Shown here piece after piece: positions 11,512 through 20,169 of a stretch of 64,000 bases of DNA. Source of the DNA: Obrimoposthia wandeli (Eukaryota); the NCBI GenBank assembly GCA_977020255.1, contig CDROCS010002751.1, forward strand, positions 124,001 through 188,000, in the 5' to 3' direction. Each line of letters starts with the position of its first letter. Position 1 is the stretch's first letter. The notes beneath the pieces were generated by a model, which ran no database searches, was not told the DNA's origin, and saw nothing but the letters and a program-made list of their open reading frames with translations. The position numbers and the translations under genes were made by a program.

Positions 11512-11559
11512 ATGGGGCACTTGTAATTTCGATTATTACCCCCGAAACAAGGAAAACAC

Positions 11560-11919
11560 ATGAAAAATAAATATATAGCTGCTTTTGAAGCTGCACAAGT
11601 TGAATCTAAAGAGATTCCTTTATTTAGAGCTGGTGATACACTTAGATTAGGTGTTGAGATTAAAGAGGGTGAAAAAGTTAGAGTTCAGAACTTTGAAGGT
11701 ATTGTTATCGCTTTAAAAGGTGAAGGTGTTTCAAATACATTCACAATCAGAAAAATCGGTGCTAATGGTATCGGTGTTGAAAGAATCTTCCCATTATATT
11801 CTGATAGTTTAAAAACTATTGAAGTATTAAGAAGAGGTGACGTTAGAAGAGCTAAGCTTCATTACCTTAGAGGTCTTAAAGGTAAAGCTGCAAAAATTAA
11901 AGAATTAAGAAAATTCTAA
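11560..11919 (+). CDS. rplS: 50S ribosomal protein L19
   Basis: [34 protein letters not shown] motifs. Confidence 0.98.
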   Translation: MKNKYIAAFEAAQVESKEIPLFRAGDTLRLGVEIKEGEKVRVQNFEGIVIALKGEGVSNTFTIRKIGANGIGVERIFPLYSDSLKTIEVLRRGDVRRAKLHYLRGLKGKAAKIKELRKF

Positions 11920-11937
11920 TACTGATTTTAATAGTTT

Positions 11938-11972
11938 AAAAGGCAAGTATCTTTTGATACTTGCCTTTTTTT
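11938..11972 (+). terminator. Intrinsic terminator after rplS
   Basis: AAAAGGCAAGTATC-TTTT-GATACTTGCCTTTT followed by T-tract. Confidence 0.85.
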
Positions 11973-11984
11973 ATGGGAAAAAAC

Positions 11985-12851
11985 ATGACAAATATAAAAA
12001 ATTCACCAATCGAAAAAATATCATTTCAAAAAGAAACTTTTCTAGTAAAAAGAGATGATTTATTGCACAAAGATTTTTCAGGAAATAAAGCACGAAAGTT
12101 TTTTTATTTTCTAGAAACCGAATTCCCTTTGGTAACTACACTCATAAGTCATGGTTCAAATCAATCAAATGCGATGTACAGTTTGTCAGTGTTAGCAAAG
12201 TTAAAAAACTGGAATTTTATTTATTATACTGATCATGTACCTTCATATTTAGAAGAAAATCCTCAAGGTAATTATAAGTACTCACTAGCAAATGGTATGT
12301 CATTAAAAATAGAAGAGCAGTTTGATAAATCAAAGTTAGATTTAGATGACAGTATACTCTTTATAGAAGAAGGCGGCGCATTAGCAGAAGCTAGCTACGG
12401 GATAGAACTATTAGCTAATGAGATAAATGAATATACAATTCAAAATAAAATAAAAAACTTAAAAGTATTTTTACCAAGTGGAACAGGAACAACCTCTTTA
12501 TTTTTACAAAAATATCTCGATGTAGAAGTAATAACTTGTGCTTGTGTAGGTGGTGATGAGTATTTAAAAAAACAATTCTTAGCATTGGAATCCGATGAAG
12601 GAAATCACCCTACAATATATAAAACAAAAAAGAAATATCATTTTGGAAAACTATATAAAGAAAACTATAAAGTATGGAATAATTTAAAAATGCAAACAAA
12701 TATAGAGTTTGATTTATTATACGATCCAATTGGATGGAATACTTTACTTGATAATATGGATTCTAATTATACGTATTTATATATTCACCAAGGTGGACTC
12801 ATAGGCAATGAATCTATGTTAAAAAGATATGAACATAAATACCCAGACTAG
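11985..12851 (+). CDS. PLP-dependent ACC deaminase/D-cysteine desulfhydrase family protein
   Basis: KRDDLL..FSGNKARK, SGTGTT and YIHQGG motifs; start moved to ATG 11985 because the track start lies inside the terminator. Confidence 0.8.
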   Translation: MTNIKNSPIEKISFQKETFLVKRDDLLHKDFSGNKARKFFYFLETEFPLVTTLISHGSNQSNAMYSLSVLAKLKNWNFIYYTDHVPSYLEENPQGNYKYSLANGMSLKIEEQFDKSKLDLDDSILFIEEGGALAEASYGIELLANEINEYTIQNKIKNLKVFLPSGTGTTSLFLQKYLDVEVITCACVGGDEYLKKQFLALESDEGNHPTIYKTKKKYHFGKLYKENYKVWNNLKMQTNIEFDLLYDPIGWNTLLDNMDSNYTYLYIHQGGLIGNESMLKRYEHKYPD

Positions 12852-12920
12852 ACTAAATTATAACGAAGTAGTAAAGAAATATATAGTATACTTGAGTATT
12901 AAAATTTTACAGGAAAAATA

Positions 12921-13508
12921 TTGATAGATAAAAAAGAACAAAGAAAAAATGACATTATACAGTGTTCTTTAGAGCTATTTGCTTCTAAAGGTTTTTATAA
13001 TACTACGATACCAGATATTGCAAATGCTTTAAAAATGAGCGTTGGAAATATGTATAATTATTTTAAATCAAAAGATATGTTAGCTAAAGAGATAATAAAA
13101 TTTATATCTTCATATCTAGGAAAGAAATTACGAGAAATTAATGAGTTAGATATATCAACAGAAGAAAAAACTAAAAGAATTGTAGAGATATATTTTCAAA
13201 TAGCATTAGCCAGACCAGAAATGATAGATTATTTTCTTAGAATTTATCTATCAAATAGAGATGTGTTTCAAGATGGTTGTGAAGGAATGATTTGTGTAAA
13301 TGAGTTTGTTACTGAAATCATGATTTATTTTGAAGAAGGTGTAACTGCTGGAGATTTAAGAGATCAAGACTTTTTTAGTGCTTTTGGACTTTTCATGGGT
13401 TATTTGGGTGGTATGGTTTTTTTAAAAGGTGAAGATATTTTACCTAAAAAGTTAGATGAGTATGTTGAGGATATTTCATTTAATATCTATAAAGCGTTAA
13501 GCGTATAA
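12921..13508 (+). CDS. TetR/AcrR family transcriptional regulator
   Basis: N-terminal HTH LFASKGFYNTTIPDIANALKMSVGNMYNYFKSK; TTG start; 6 nt upstream of the hydrogenase small subunit. Confidence 0.92.
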   Translation: MIDKKEQRKNDIIQCSLELFASKGFYNTTIPDIANALKMSVGNMYNYFKSKDMLAKEIIKFISSYLGKKLREINELDISTEEKTKRIVEIYFQIALARPEMIDYFLRIYLSNRDVFQDGCEGMICVNEFVTEIMIYFEEGVTAGDLRDQDFFSAFGLFMGYLGGMVFLKGEDILPKKLDEYVEDISFNIYKALSV

Positions 13509-13514
13509 CAAACT

Positions 13515-14396
13515 ATGAAACAAAAAGTAAAAGTATTATGGATTACAGGCCTAGCTTGTAATGGTAATACTCATTCTTTTTTAAACTATCCTTACTTAGA
13601 ACAATTTTTAAATGACTTCGAGTTTATTTATCATCCAATAATCGATTCTGATTATTCCTTAGAAGAGATAGTATCTCAAACAATTTCATGTGATGTATTA
13701 CTAATAGAAGGTTCTATTTCACCAGAAATCAAAAAAGCGGATACAAAACTCATAGATATCATCAGTAATTATTCAAAAGTTGTAAATAAAATTATCACCG
13801 TTGGTACGTGTTCTACCTTTGGTGGAATTTTTAGAGATAGTGAATATGAAGATATTACTGGGTTACATTTTGATGAAACTTTAGAAGTGGAAAGATTTCA
13901 AAATATCAAAGATAAAACGATAAGTATCTCAGGTTGTCCTATACATCCAGAGTTATTAGTAAATACCTTATATGCTATTCGAAATAAAATGGAACTCAAA
14001 CTAGATGAGTATTTACGACCAAAAGAATATTTTGCTTATACTATTCACAATGGTTGTACAAGAAATGAATATTTTGAATACAAAGTTGATAATCATCAGT
14101 TTGGAAAAAAAGAGGGATGTATGTTTTATGACCACGGTTGTCAAGCACCTTTTACTCATGGTAGTTGTAATAAAATATTATGGAATGAAGTAAACTCAAA
14201 AACACGAGCAGGACAACCATGTAATGGATGCACCGAACCAGACTTTCCAAAAGCAAATCTTTTTGAAACAAAAAAGAATATGGGAATACCTGCTAATCTT
14301 CCATTAGGTGTCGCTAAACGTACATATTTAACATTGGCTGGTGTTACTAAGGCATTTACTATAAATCGATTAGAGAAAGATATATTTGATGATTAA
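13515..14396 (+). CDS. Cytoplasmic group 2-type [NiFe] hydrogenase small subunit (HupS/HupU-like, no Tat signal)
   Basis: ACNGN, GTCSTFGG, GCP, HNGC, GCQAP, PCNGC Fe-S motifs; no RR signal peptide. Confidence 0.88.
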   Translation: MKQKVKVLWITGLACNGNTHSFLNYPYLEQFLNDFEFIYHPIIDSDYSLEEIVSQTISCDVLLIEGSISPEIKKADTKLIDIISNYSKVVNKIITVGTCSTFGGIFRDSEYEDITGLHFDETLEVERFQNIKDKTISISGCPIHPELLVNTLYAIRNKMELKLDEYLRPKEYFAYTIHNGCTRNEYFEYKVDNHQFGKKEGCMFYDHGCQAPFTHGSCNKILWNEVNSKTRAGQPCNGCTEPDFPKANLFETKKNMGIPANLPLGVAKRTYLTLAGVTKAFTINRLEKDIFDD

Positions 14397-15645
14397 ATTA
14401 ATAGAAAAAATAGAAGGTGAAGCAAAACTTCACTTTAGTTTTAAAGATGAAAAGATTGATTTTGTGGATATAGAGTTTTTACAAACTAGAAGTATTGAAA
14501 AAATACTTGAGGGTAAGAATGTATTAGATGCTTTGGTTATCAATCCTCGTGTTTGTGGTATCTGTGGTCATGCTCACTTAATAGCTACTGTTGAAGCTAT
14601 CGAAGATTGTTATGATGAGATTGAGATATCTAATAAAGCAAAAATCATAAGAGAATTAACATTAAATTTTGAGCTTATTCAAAATCATTTTAAATGGTTT
14701 TATTTTACGGTTTTACCACTTTTTGGTTATAAACAAGCAGTATTAAAAGCAGCACTTCCTTCTCAACTCATGGGAAAAGCGATAGCTACAATAGCGGGAC
14801 AATACCCACATACTTCATATGCAATAGTAGGTGGAGTTGTATCTGATATTACCAATATGGATATGATTAAAGTTGAACAATATATTAATGAAACAATAAA
14901 GTTTTTTGAAAATAATATGATGAAACTTGATGAAGATATTTTACAGTGTAAGAAAATCGAAAATTTATTTAATCAAGAGGGTGATTTATCTATGATTATA
15001 GATGATATTTTTAAAAATAAATGGGAACATCTTGGAAAAAGTTATGATAGGTTTATTTCTTTTGGTGAAAATAGTTATTTTCTAAAAGGAAAATCTTTAA
15101 AAACAAGACGTTTTACAAACATATCTATTGATGGAGTAGAAGAATTTTCTAGTTTAAATTCTTATGCAAAAAATGTTACTTTTAAGGATAAATATTTTGA
15201 AGTAGGACCGCTCAGCCGTGCAATTATAAATAAAACACCTTTAATAATGGACTCACATAAAAAATATGATGATAGTATTGTGAGTAGAATAGTAGCACGC
15301 GTATATGAAATACCACAATTATTAAATCATACAAAAAAATTAATTCAAGAAATAAATTTAGATGAACCATCATATATTAAACCCAAAATTGATATTTCCA
15401 AAATCACAGCTAGTGGAGTCTCTGCTGTAGAAGCTGCACGTGGTTCTTTAATTCATAAAGTAAGTATCGAAAATGGAATCATAAAAAAATATGATATTAT
15501 TACTCCCACACAATGGAATCTCTCTAATGGTACACGGGATAATCTTGGAATTTCACAAAAGGCGATGATAGGACTAAAAGATGAAAAGATTGCAGAAATA
15601 GTTTTCAAATCTTTTGATGTTTGTTCTGTTTGTACAACTCACTAA
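14386..15645 (+). CDS. Cytoplasmic group 2-type (likely 2d) [NiFe] hydrogenase large subunit
   Basis: EKIEGE, RVCGICGHAH (L1), FDVCSVCTTH-stop (L2); 419 aa, no C-terminal cleavage extension. Confidence 0.88.
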   Translation: MMIKLIEKIEGEAKLHFSFKDEKIDFVDIEFLQTRSIEKILEGKNVLDALVINPRVCGICGHAHLIATVEAIEDCYDEIEISNKAKIIRELTLNFELIQNHFKWFYFTVLPLFGYKQAVLKAALPSQLMGKAIATIAGQYPHTSYAIVGGVVSDITNMDMIKVEQYINETIKFFENNMMKLDEDILQCKKIENLFNQEGDLSMIIDDIFKNKWEHLGKSYDRFISFGENSYFLKGKSLKTRRFTNISIDGVEEFSSLNSYAKNVTFKDKYFEVGPLSRAIINKTPLIMDSHKKYDDSIVSRIVARVYEIPQLLNHTKKLIQEINLDEPSYIKPKIDISKITASGVSAVEAARGSLIHKVSIENGIIKKYDIITPTQWNLSNGTRDNLGISQKAMIGLKDEKIAEIVFKSFDVCSVCTTH

Positions 15646-15801
15646 AATAAAATACTCAATATAAGTCAATAGTTTTGGCTTATATAACTTATAACTAAAA
15701 CTTTACAAATCTTTAAAATATAAATTTTTCTTATTAATCTTATAAATATATAAGTTATTCTTTTAAGTCAATATAAAGAAGAATCTTCTTAAGATTACAT
15801 T

Positions 15802-15828
15802 AATGAATGACTATTCATTTACTATAAT
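15802..15828 (+). promoter_or_regulatory. Palindromic operator and -10 box upstream of hydA
   Basis: AATGAAT-GACT-ATTCATT (15802-15819) immediately upstream of TATAAT (15823-15828). Confidence 0.65.
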
Positions 15829-15854
15829 GAATAAATTAATAAAAAGGACTACTT

Positions 15855-17084
15855 ATGCGTGAAAGAAGAGAAGCCTTAGCCACTATGTTTAGTGCAAAAG
15901 GTTCAAAGGTCAACACAAATCGTGGTGATGTATATTATGATAATCTGATGAAAGAGATGACAACAAGATTAACAGAATTAGAAAATACTCCTGTTGCACA
16001 TAAAATCTCTATTGAAGGTGTACTTGATTCGGAAGGATTAACTAGAAGAGATTTTATGAAATGGGCAAGTGCGGCCTGTGCTATGTTGATGTTACCTCCT
16101 GTATTTACTCCACTTGTTGCTAATGCAGCTGAACTGATGAATAGAGTTCCTGTAATTTGGATAGAGCTTCAAGATTGTGCTGGAAATTCTGAAGCAATTT
16201 TAAGAAGTGATGCTCCTACTATTGATGAATTAATTTTAGAAACAATTTCTTTAGAATTTAATGAAACACTTATGGCAGCTGCTGGTCATGCTGCTGATGA
16301 GCATTTAGATGAAGCGATGGAAACATTTAAAGGCAAATACTTATGTGTAGTTGAAGGGTCGATTCCTTTAGGTATGAATGGTCAATATGGAACTATTGGA
16401 GCTCATGCTGAAACATTTGAAGAACATTTAAAAAGAGTTGCAGAACATTCTGCTGCAGTTGTTGCTGTTGGTACTTGTGCTACTTTTGGTGGTGTTCCTG
16501 CAGCTGCTCCAAATCCTACAAATGCAGTTGGTGTACAAGATGTAATTAAAAATAAACCAATTATTAATATCCCAGCTTGTCCTGCAAATCCTGCAAATAT
16601 CACAGGAACAATTTTACATTATGTATTAACAGGTCAAGCTCCTGAATTAGATCATTTAAATAGACCAAAATTTGCTTTTGGTTATAGAATCCATGACAAC
16701 TGCGAAAGAAGAGCTCATTTTGATGCTGGAGAATTTGTAGAAGAGTGGGGTGATAAAGGAGCAGAAAATAACTTCTGTTTATACAAAATGGGTTGTAAAG
16801 GACCTATGACATTTAATAACTGTTCAATTGTTAAATACAATAGTGGTACAAACTGGCCTATTGGTGCAGGACATGGTTGTATTGGGTGTTCAGAACCACA
16901 ATTCTGGGATAAATTCGCACAAGAGAGACCTATGGCAGATACACATTTTAAAGCACCAACTGGCGGAGTTGAAAAAACAGTTGATGAGTTTGGTTTAGGA
17001 TTATTAACAGCCGCTGGTATTGGTATAGGAATACACGCAATTGGTAGTGCTGTTGCAGGTAAAAAAGGGGAAGAGAATGAGTAA
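15855..17084 (+). CDS. hydA: Membrane-bound group 1 [NiFe] hydrogenase small subunit
   Basis: Tat motif TRRDFMKW; Fe-S motifs GTCATFGG, ACP, HDNCERR, CLYKMGCKGP, GHGCIGC; C-terminal TM anchor. Confidence 0.93.
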   Translation: MRERREALATMFSAKGSKVNTNRGDVYYDNLMKEMTTRLTELENTPVAHKISIEGVLDSEGLTRRDFMKWASAACAMLMLPPVFTPLVANAAELMNRVPVIWIELQDCAGNSEAILRSDAPTIDELILETISLEFNETLMAAAGHAADEHLDEAMETFKGKYLCVVEGSIPLGMNGQYGTIGAHAETFEEHLKRVAEHSAAVVAVGTCATFGGVPAAAPNPTNAVGVQDVIKNKPIINIPACPANPANITGTILHYVLTGQAPELDHLNRPKFAFGYRIHDNCERRAHFDAGEFVEEWGDKGAENNFCLYKMGCKGPMTFNNCSIVKYNSGTNWPIGAGHGCIGCSEPQFWDKFAQERPMADTHFKAPTGGVEKTVDEFGLGLLTAAGIGIGIHAIGSAVAGKKGEENE

Positions 17085-18828
17085 AAAACATATTATAGTT
17101 GATCCAATCACAAGAATTGAGGGTCACTTACGAATAGAAGCAGTTATAGATGAGAACAATATAATCACTGATGCGTTTGCAAGTTCTACTATGTTTAGAG
17201 GAATCGAAACAATTTTAAAAGGTAGAGATCCTAGAGATGCTGGACTATTAGCAATGAGAATTTGTGGTGTTTGTACTGGTACTCATTATCAAAGAAGTAT
17301 AGAAGCCGTTGAACATGCTTTTAATGTAGATATTCCTAAAAATGCTCGTTTGGTACGAAATCTAATTCAAGGTGCTTTGTATCTTCATGATCATGTTGTA
17401 CATTTTTATCATCTTCATGCTTTAGACTGGGTAGATATTACTTCAGCCCTAAAAGCTGATCCAAAATTAGCAGCCGCTGAAGCATTAAAATGGACTGATA
17501 CTCCTCATGGTGCTGGTGAGGGAGATCTACGAACTATTCAAGAAAGAGTTGGTAAGTTTGTAAAACAAGGTAGACTTGGGATTTTCTCAAATGCTTACTG
17601 GGGAAATAAACACTATAAATTATCTCCTGAACAAAATCTAATTGCAGTTGCTCACTACTTACAAGCACTTGATATGCAAAGAGATATGTCAAAAATGATG
17701 GCAATCTTTGGTGGTAAAATGCCACATCCACAATCACTTGTTGTTGGTGGTGTTACTTGTGTTCAAGATATTAAAAATCCTGCACGAATTGCTCAGTTTA
17801 AATCACTTTTAAATAAAACAAATAATTTTATCAAAAATGCATATTTAGTAGATGTTCTTATGGCAGGAACTGTATATGCAGATGAAGCCTTAGATGGAAC
17901 TGGAGCAGGCCTTAAAAGTTATATGAGTTATGGTGATTTTAGGTTAAATGATAATGGATTTTATAATTCTGCATTGTTATTTCCTAAAGGTGTCGTTTTA
18001 GATGGTGATTTAACTAAATTACATCCACTAGATCAAACAAAAATTACTGAAGATGTATCTCATGCTTGGTATGAAGGTAAAGATGATAAAGGTTTACATC
18101 CTTATGTTGGTGAAACTATTCCTAAATATACTGGTTTAGAGAAAAAAGCAGATGGATATTCTTACTTAAAAACAGAAGAAAAATACTCATGGATTAAATC
18201 ACCTCTATATAATGATACACGAGTAGAAGTAGGACCACTAGCAAGAATCGCAGTTGGACTTGCAGCTGGCGATGAAAGAATTTCTAAATATGCAACTAAA
18301 TTTTTGGCAAAACTGGGTGATACTTTAGGCTTAGATAAACCAGCACCTGCAAGTGTAATATTCTCTACAGTAGGAAGAACAGCGGCTCGTGCAATCGAAT
18401 CAGAACTTATGGGTGATGTTATGATGGAATGGGTTGATGAATTAGCTGTAAATGTTGCAAATGGTGATTTAAGTACATGGACAGATTTTGATTTTGATAC
18501 AGTTTCAAAAGATGCAAGAGGATTCGGTATGGCTGAAGCACCACGTGGAGGATTGGGTCATTGGGTTGTAATTAAAGATGGTAAAATCGAAAATTATCAA
18601 GCTGTTGTTCCATCAACATGGAATGCAGCACCTAGAGACTACAAAGGAAGATTAGGGGCTTATGAATCAGCTTTAGTTGGTACGAAAGTAGCTGACCCTG
18701 AACAACCTCTTGAAATTTTAAGAACTGTTCATTCCTTTGATCCTTGTATTGCTTGTGCTGTTCATATAGTAGATACAAAAGGTAGAGAATTGAGTAGTTT
18801 TAAAGTAAATACTAGCTGCGCAGTGTAG
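17077..18828 (+). CDS. hydB: Membrane-bound group 1 [NiFe] hydrogenase large subunit
   Basis: DPITRIEGH, RICGVC, DPCIACAVH plus C-terminal extension; start corrected to ATG 17077 (MSKKHII). Confidence 0.95.
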   Translation: MSKKHIIVDPITRIEGHLRIEAVIDENNIITDAFASSTMFRGIETILKGRDPRDAGLLAMRICGVCTGTHYQRSIEAVEHAFNVDIPKNARLVRNLIQGALYLHDHVVHFYHLHALDWVDITSALKADPKLAAAEALKWTDTPHGAGEGDLRTIQERVGKFVKQGRLGIFSNAYWGNKHYKLSPEQNLIAVAHYLQALDMQRDMSKMMAIFGGKMPHPQSLVVGGVTCVQDIKNPARIAQFKSLLNKTNNFIKNAYLVDVLMAGTVYADEALDGTGAGLKSYMSYGDFRLNDNGFYNSALLFPKGVVLDGDLTKLHPLDQTKITEDVSHAWYEGKDDKGLHPYVGETIPKYTGLEKKADGYSYLKTEEKYSWIKSPLYNDTRVEVGPLARIAVGLAAGDERISKYATKFLAKLGDTLGLDKPAPASVIFSTVGRTAARAIESELMGDVMMEWVDELAVNVANGDLSTWTDFDFDTVSKDARGFGMAEAPRGGLGHWVVIKDGKIENYQAVVPSTWNAAPRDYKGRLGAYESALVGTKVADPEQPLEILRTVHSFDPCIACAVHIVDTKGRELSSFKVNTSCAV

Positions 18829-18840
18829 TAAGGATAAATT

Positions 18841-19536
18841 ATGAATTACAAAAAAATTGAAAGGATGACTGGGATTATGAGACTTAACCATTGGGTGGTT
18901 GCTATTTGTATGGTAGCTGCTGTGGTAACTGGTCTTTATATTGGTCATCCTTATTACCAAAGTTTTATAGCTGATTCTGCTGTTGATAAATATGTTATGG
19001 CATGGAATAGATGGGTTCATTTTATTGCAGCTATTATTTTTGATGTGAGTAGTGTTGTTGTTGGATATTTATATTTTTTCTCAAGATTTGAAAAACCATA
19101 TAAAAAAATCATTCCAAATGCTGCAAACATAAAAGAATTTTTTGAAGTATTATTAAATTTAATTACTTTAAATAGAAGAAAAAAATTTGATAGTTCTCAT
19201 TCTGATAGTTTTAATATTGTATTTTTTACAATTTTTCATTTATTATTAGCATGGATGCTTTTAACTGGACTACAGTTATATGTACATGGTTTAGCATCAG
19301 GACTTAGTTCAATAGGTGAATGGTGGCCTTCTATGTTACATCTATTAACTGACTGGACTTTAGTCGTAACTGGTGGAACAAATGTAGATGTAAGATATGC
19401 ACATCACTTATCAATGTATTTATTACTTGCATGGGTGATGTTTCATATTTACTACCAAGTATGGAGAACAATTTTCTGGAAAGAAGCTGATATTTCTATA
19501 GTTGTCGGTGGTTCAAAGTTTGTTAAAAAAGATTAA
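18841..19536 (+). CDS. hydC: Hydrogenase b-type cytochrome subunit
   Basis: RLNHW, RWVHF, HHLSM and HIY heme-ligand His residues in TM helices; follows hydB. Confidence 0.9.
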   Translation: MNYKKIERMTGIMRLNHWVVAICMVAAVVTGLYIGHPYYQSFIADSAVDKYVMAWNRWVHFIAAIIFDVSSVVVGYLYFFSRFEKPYKKIIPNAANIKEFFEVLLNLITLNRRKKFDSSHSDSFNIVFFTIFHLLLAWMLLTGLQLYVHGLASGLSSIGEWWPSMLHLLTDWTLVVTGGTNVDVRYAHHLSMYLLLAWVMFHIYYQVWRTIFWKEADISIVVGGSKFVKKD

Positions 19537-19613
19537 TTTCTTTTTTAACAAATTAAATATTTTTAATGAGTTAACTGTTAGTTAATTCATTTAAATTATT
19601 TAAAGGATTTATT

Positions 19614-20168
19614 TTGAAAACTGCAATTGTTGGAGCTGGTACTGTTATATACCAAGATGAGGGTGTAGGTGTTTACGCTGCGAAATATATAGAAAAGAAT
19701 TATACATTTGAAAATAATGATGTAACAATGGTAGATGGTGGAGTTTTAGGATTTCAGCTTATGGTGTACTATCAAGAATACGATAAAGTTATTATTCTAG
19801 ATACGATTACTATGGATGATGAGGTAGGTTCTATTTACAATCTACCTTCTGAAGAGTTACTTGGACTTGGGAGTTATAAAAAAACTGCACATGAAGTAGA
19901 AATCATAGAGATGCTTGAAATTTGTTCTTTACTGGAAACTATGGCAGAAGTAAATATCATAGGAATTATTCCTGAAGATATAGAAACTGTAGTTGTTGGC
20001 TTAACACAAAGAATGAGAAAAGGTTTTTTCAATCTAGTAAATGCAGGATTAGCAGAACTAGATAAAGAGGGTATAAAATATACTAAAAATGAAACAGAAG
20101 TAACATTAGATAGTATTATTGATAGTTACTCAAATCCAACAGCAGACAGACCACAAGGTAGTAATTAA
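19614..20168 (+). CDS. hydD: Hydrogenase maturation endopeptidase HyaD/HydD
   Basis: DEGVGV, VDGG, TAHEV motifs; TTG start. Confidence 0.9.
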   Translation: MKTAIVGAGTVIYQDEGVGVYAAKYIEKNYTFENNDVTMVDGGVLGFQLMVYYQEYDKVIILDTITMDDEVGSIYNLPSEELLGLGSYKKTAHEVEIIEMLEICSLLETMAEVNIIGIIPEDIETVVVGLTQRMRKGFFNLVNAGLAELDKEGIKYTKNETEVTLDSIIDSYSNPTADRPQGSN

Positions 20169-20169
20169 T

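Noticed and set aside
14386-18828. [NiFeSe] hydrogenase or selenocysteine recoding
   Set aside because: Both large subunits have Cys codons in the L2 motif and no in-frame TGA
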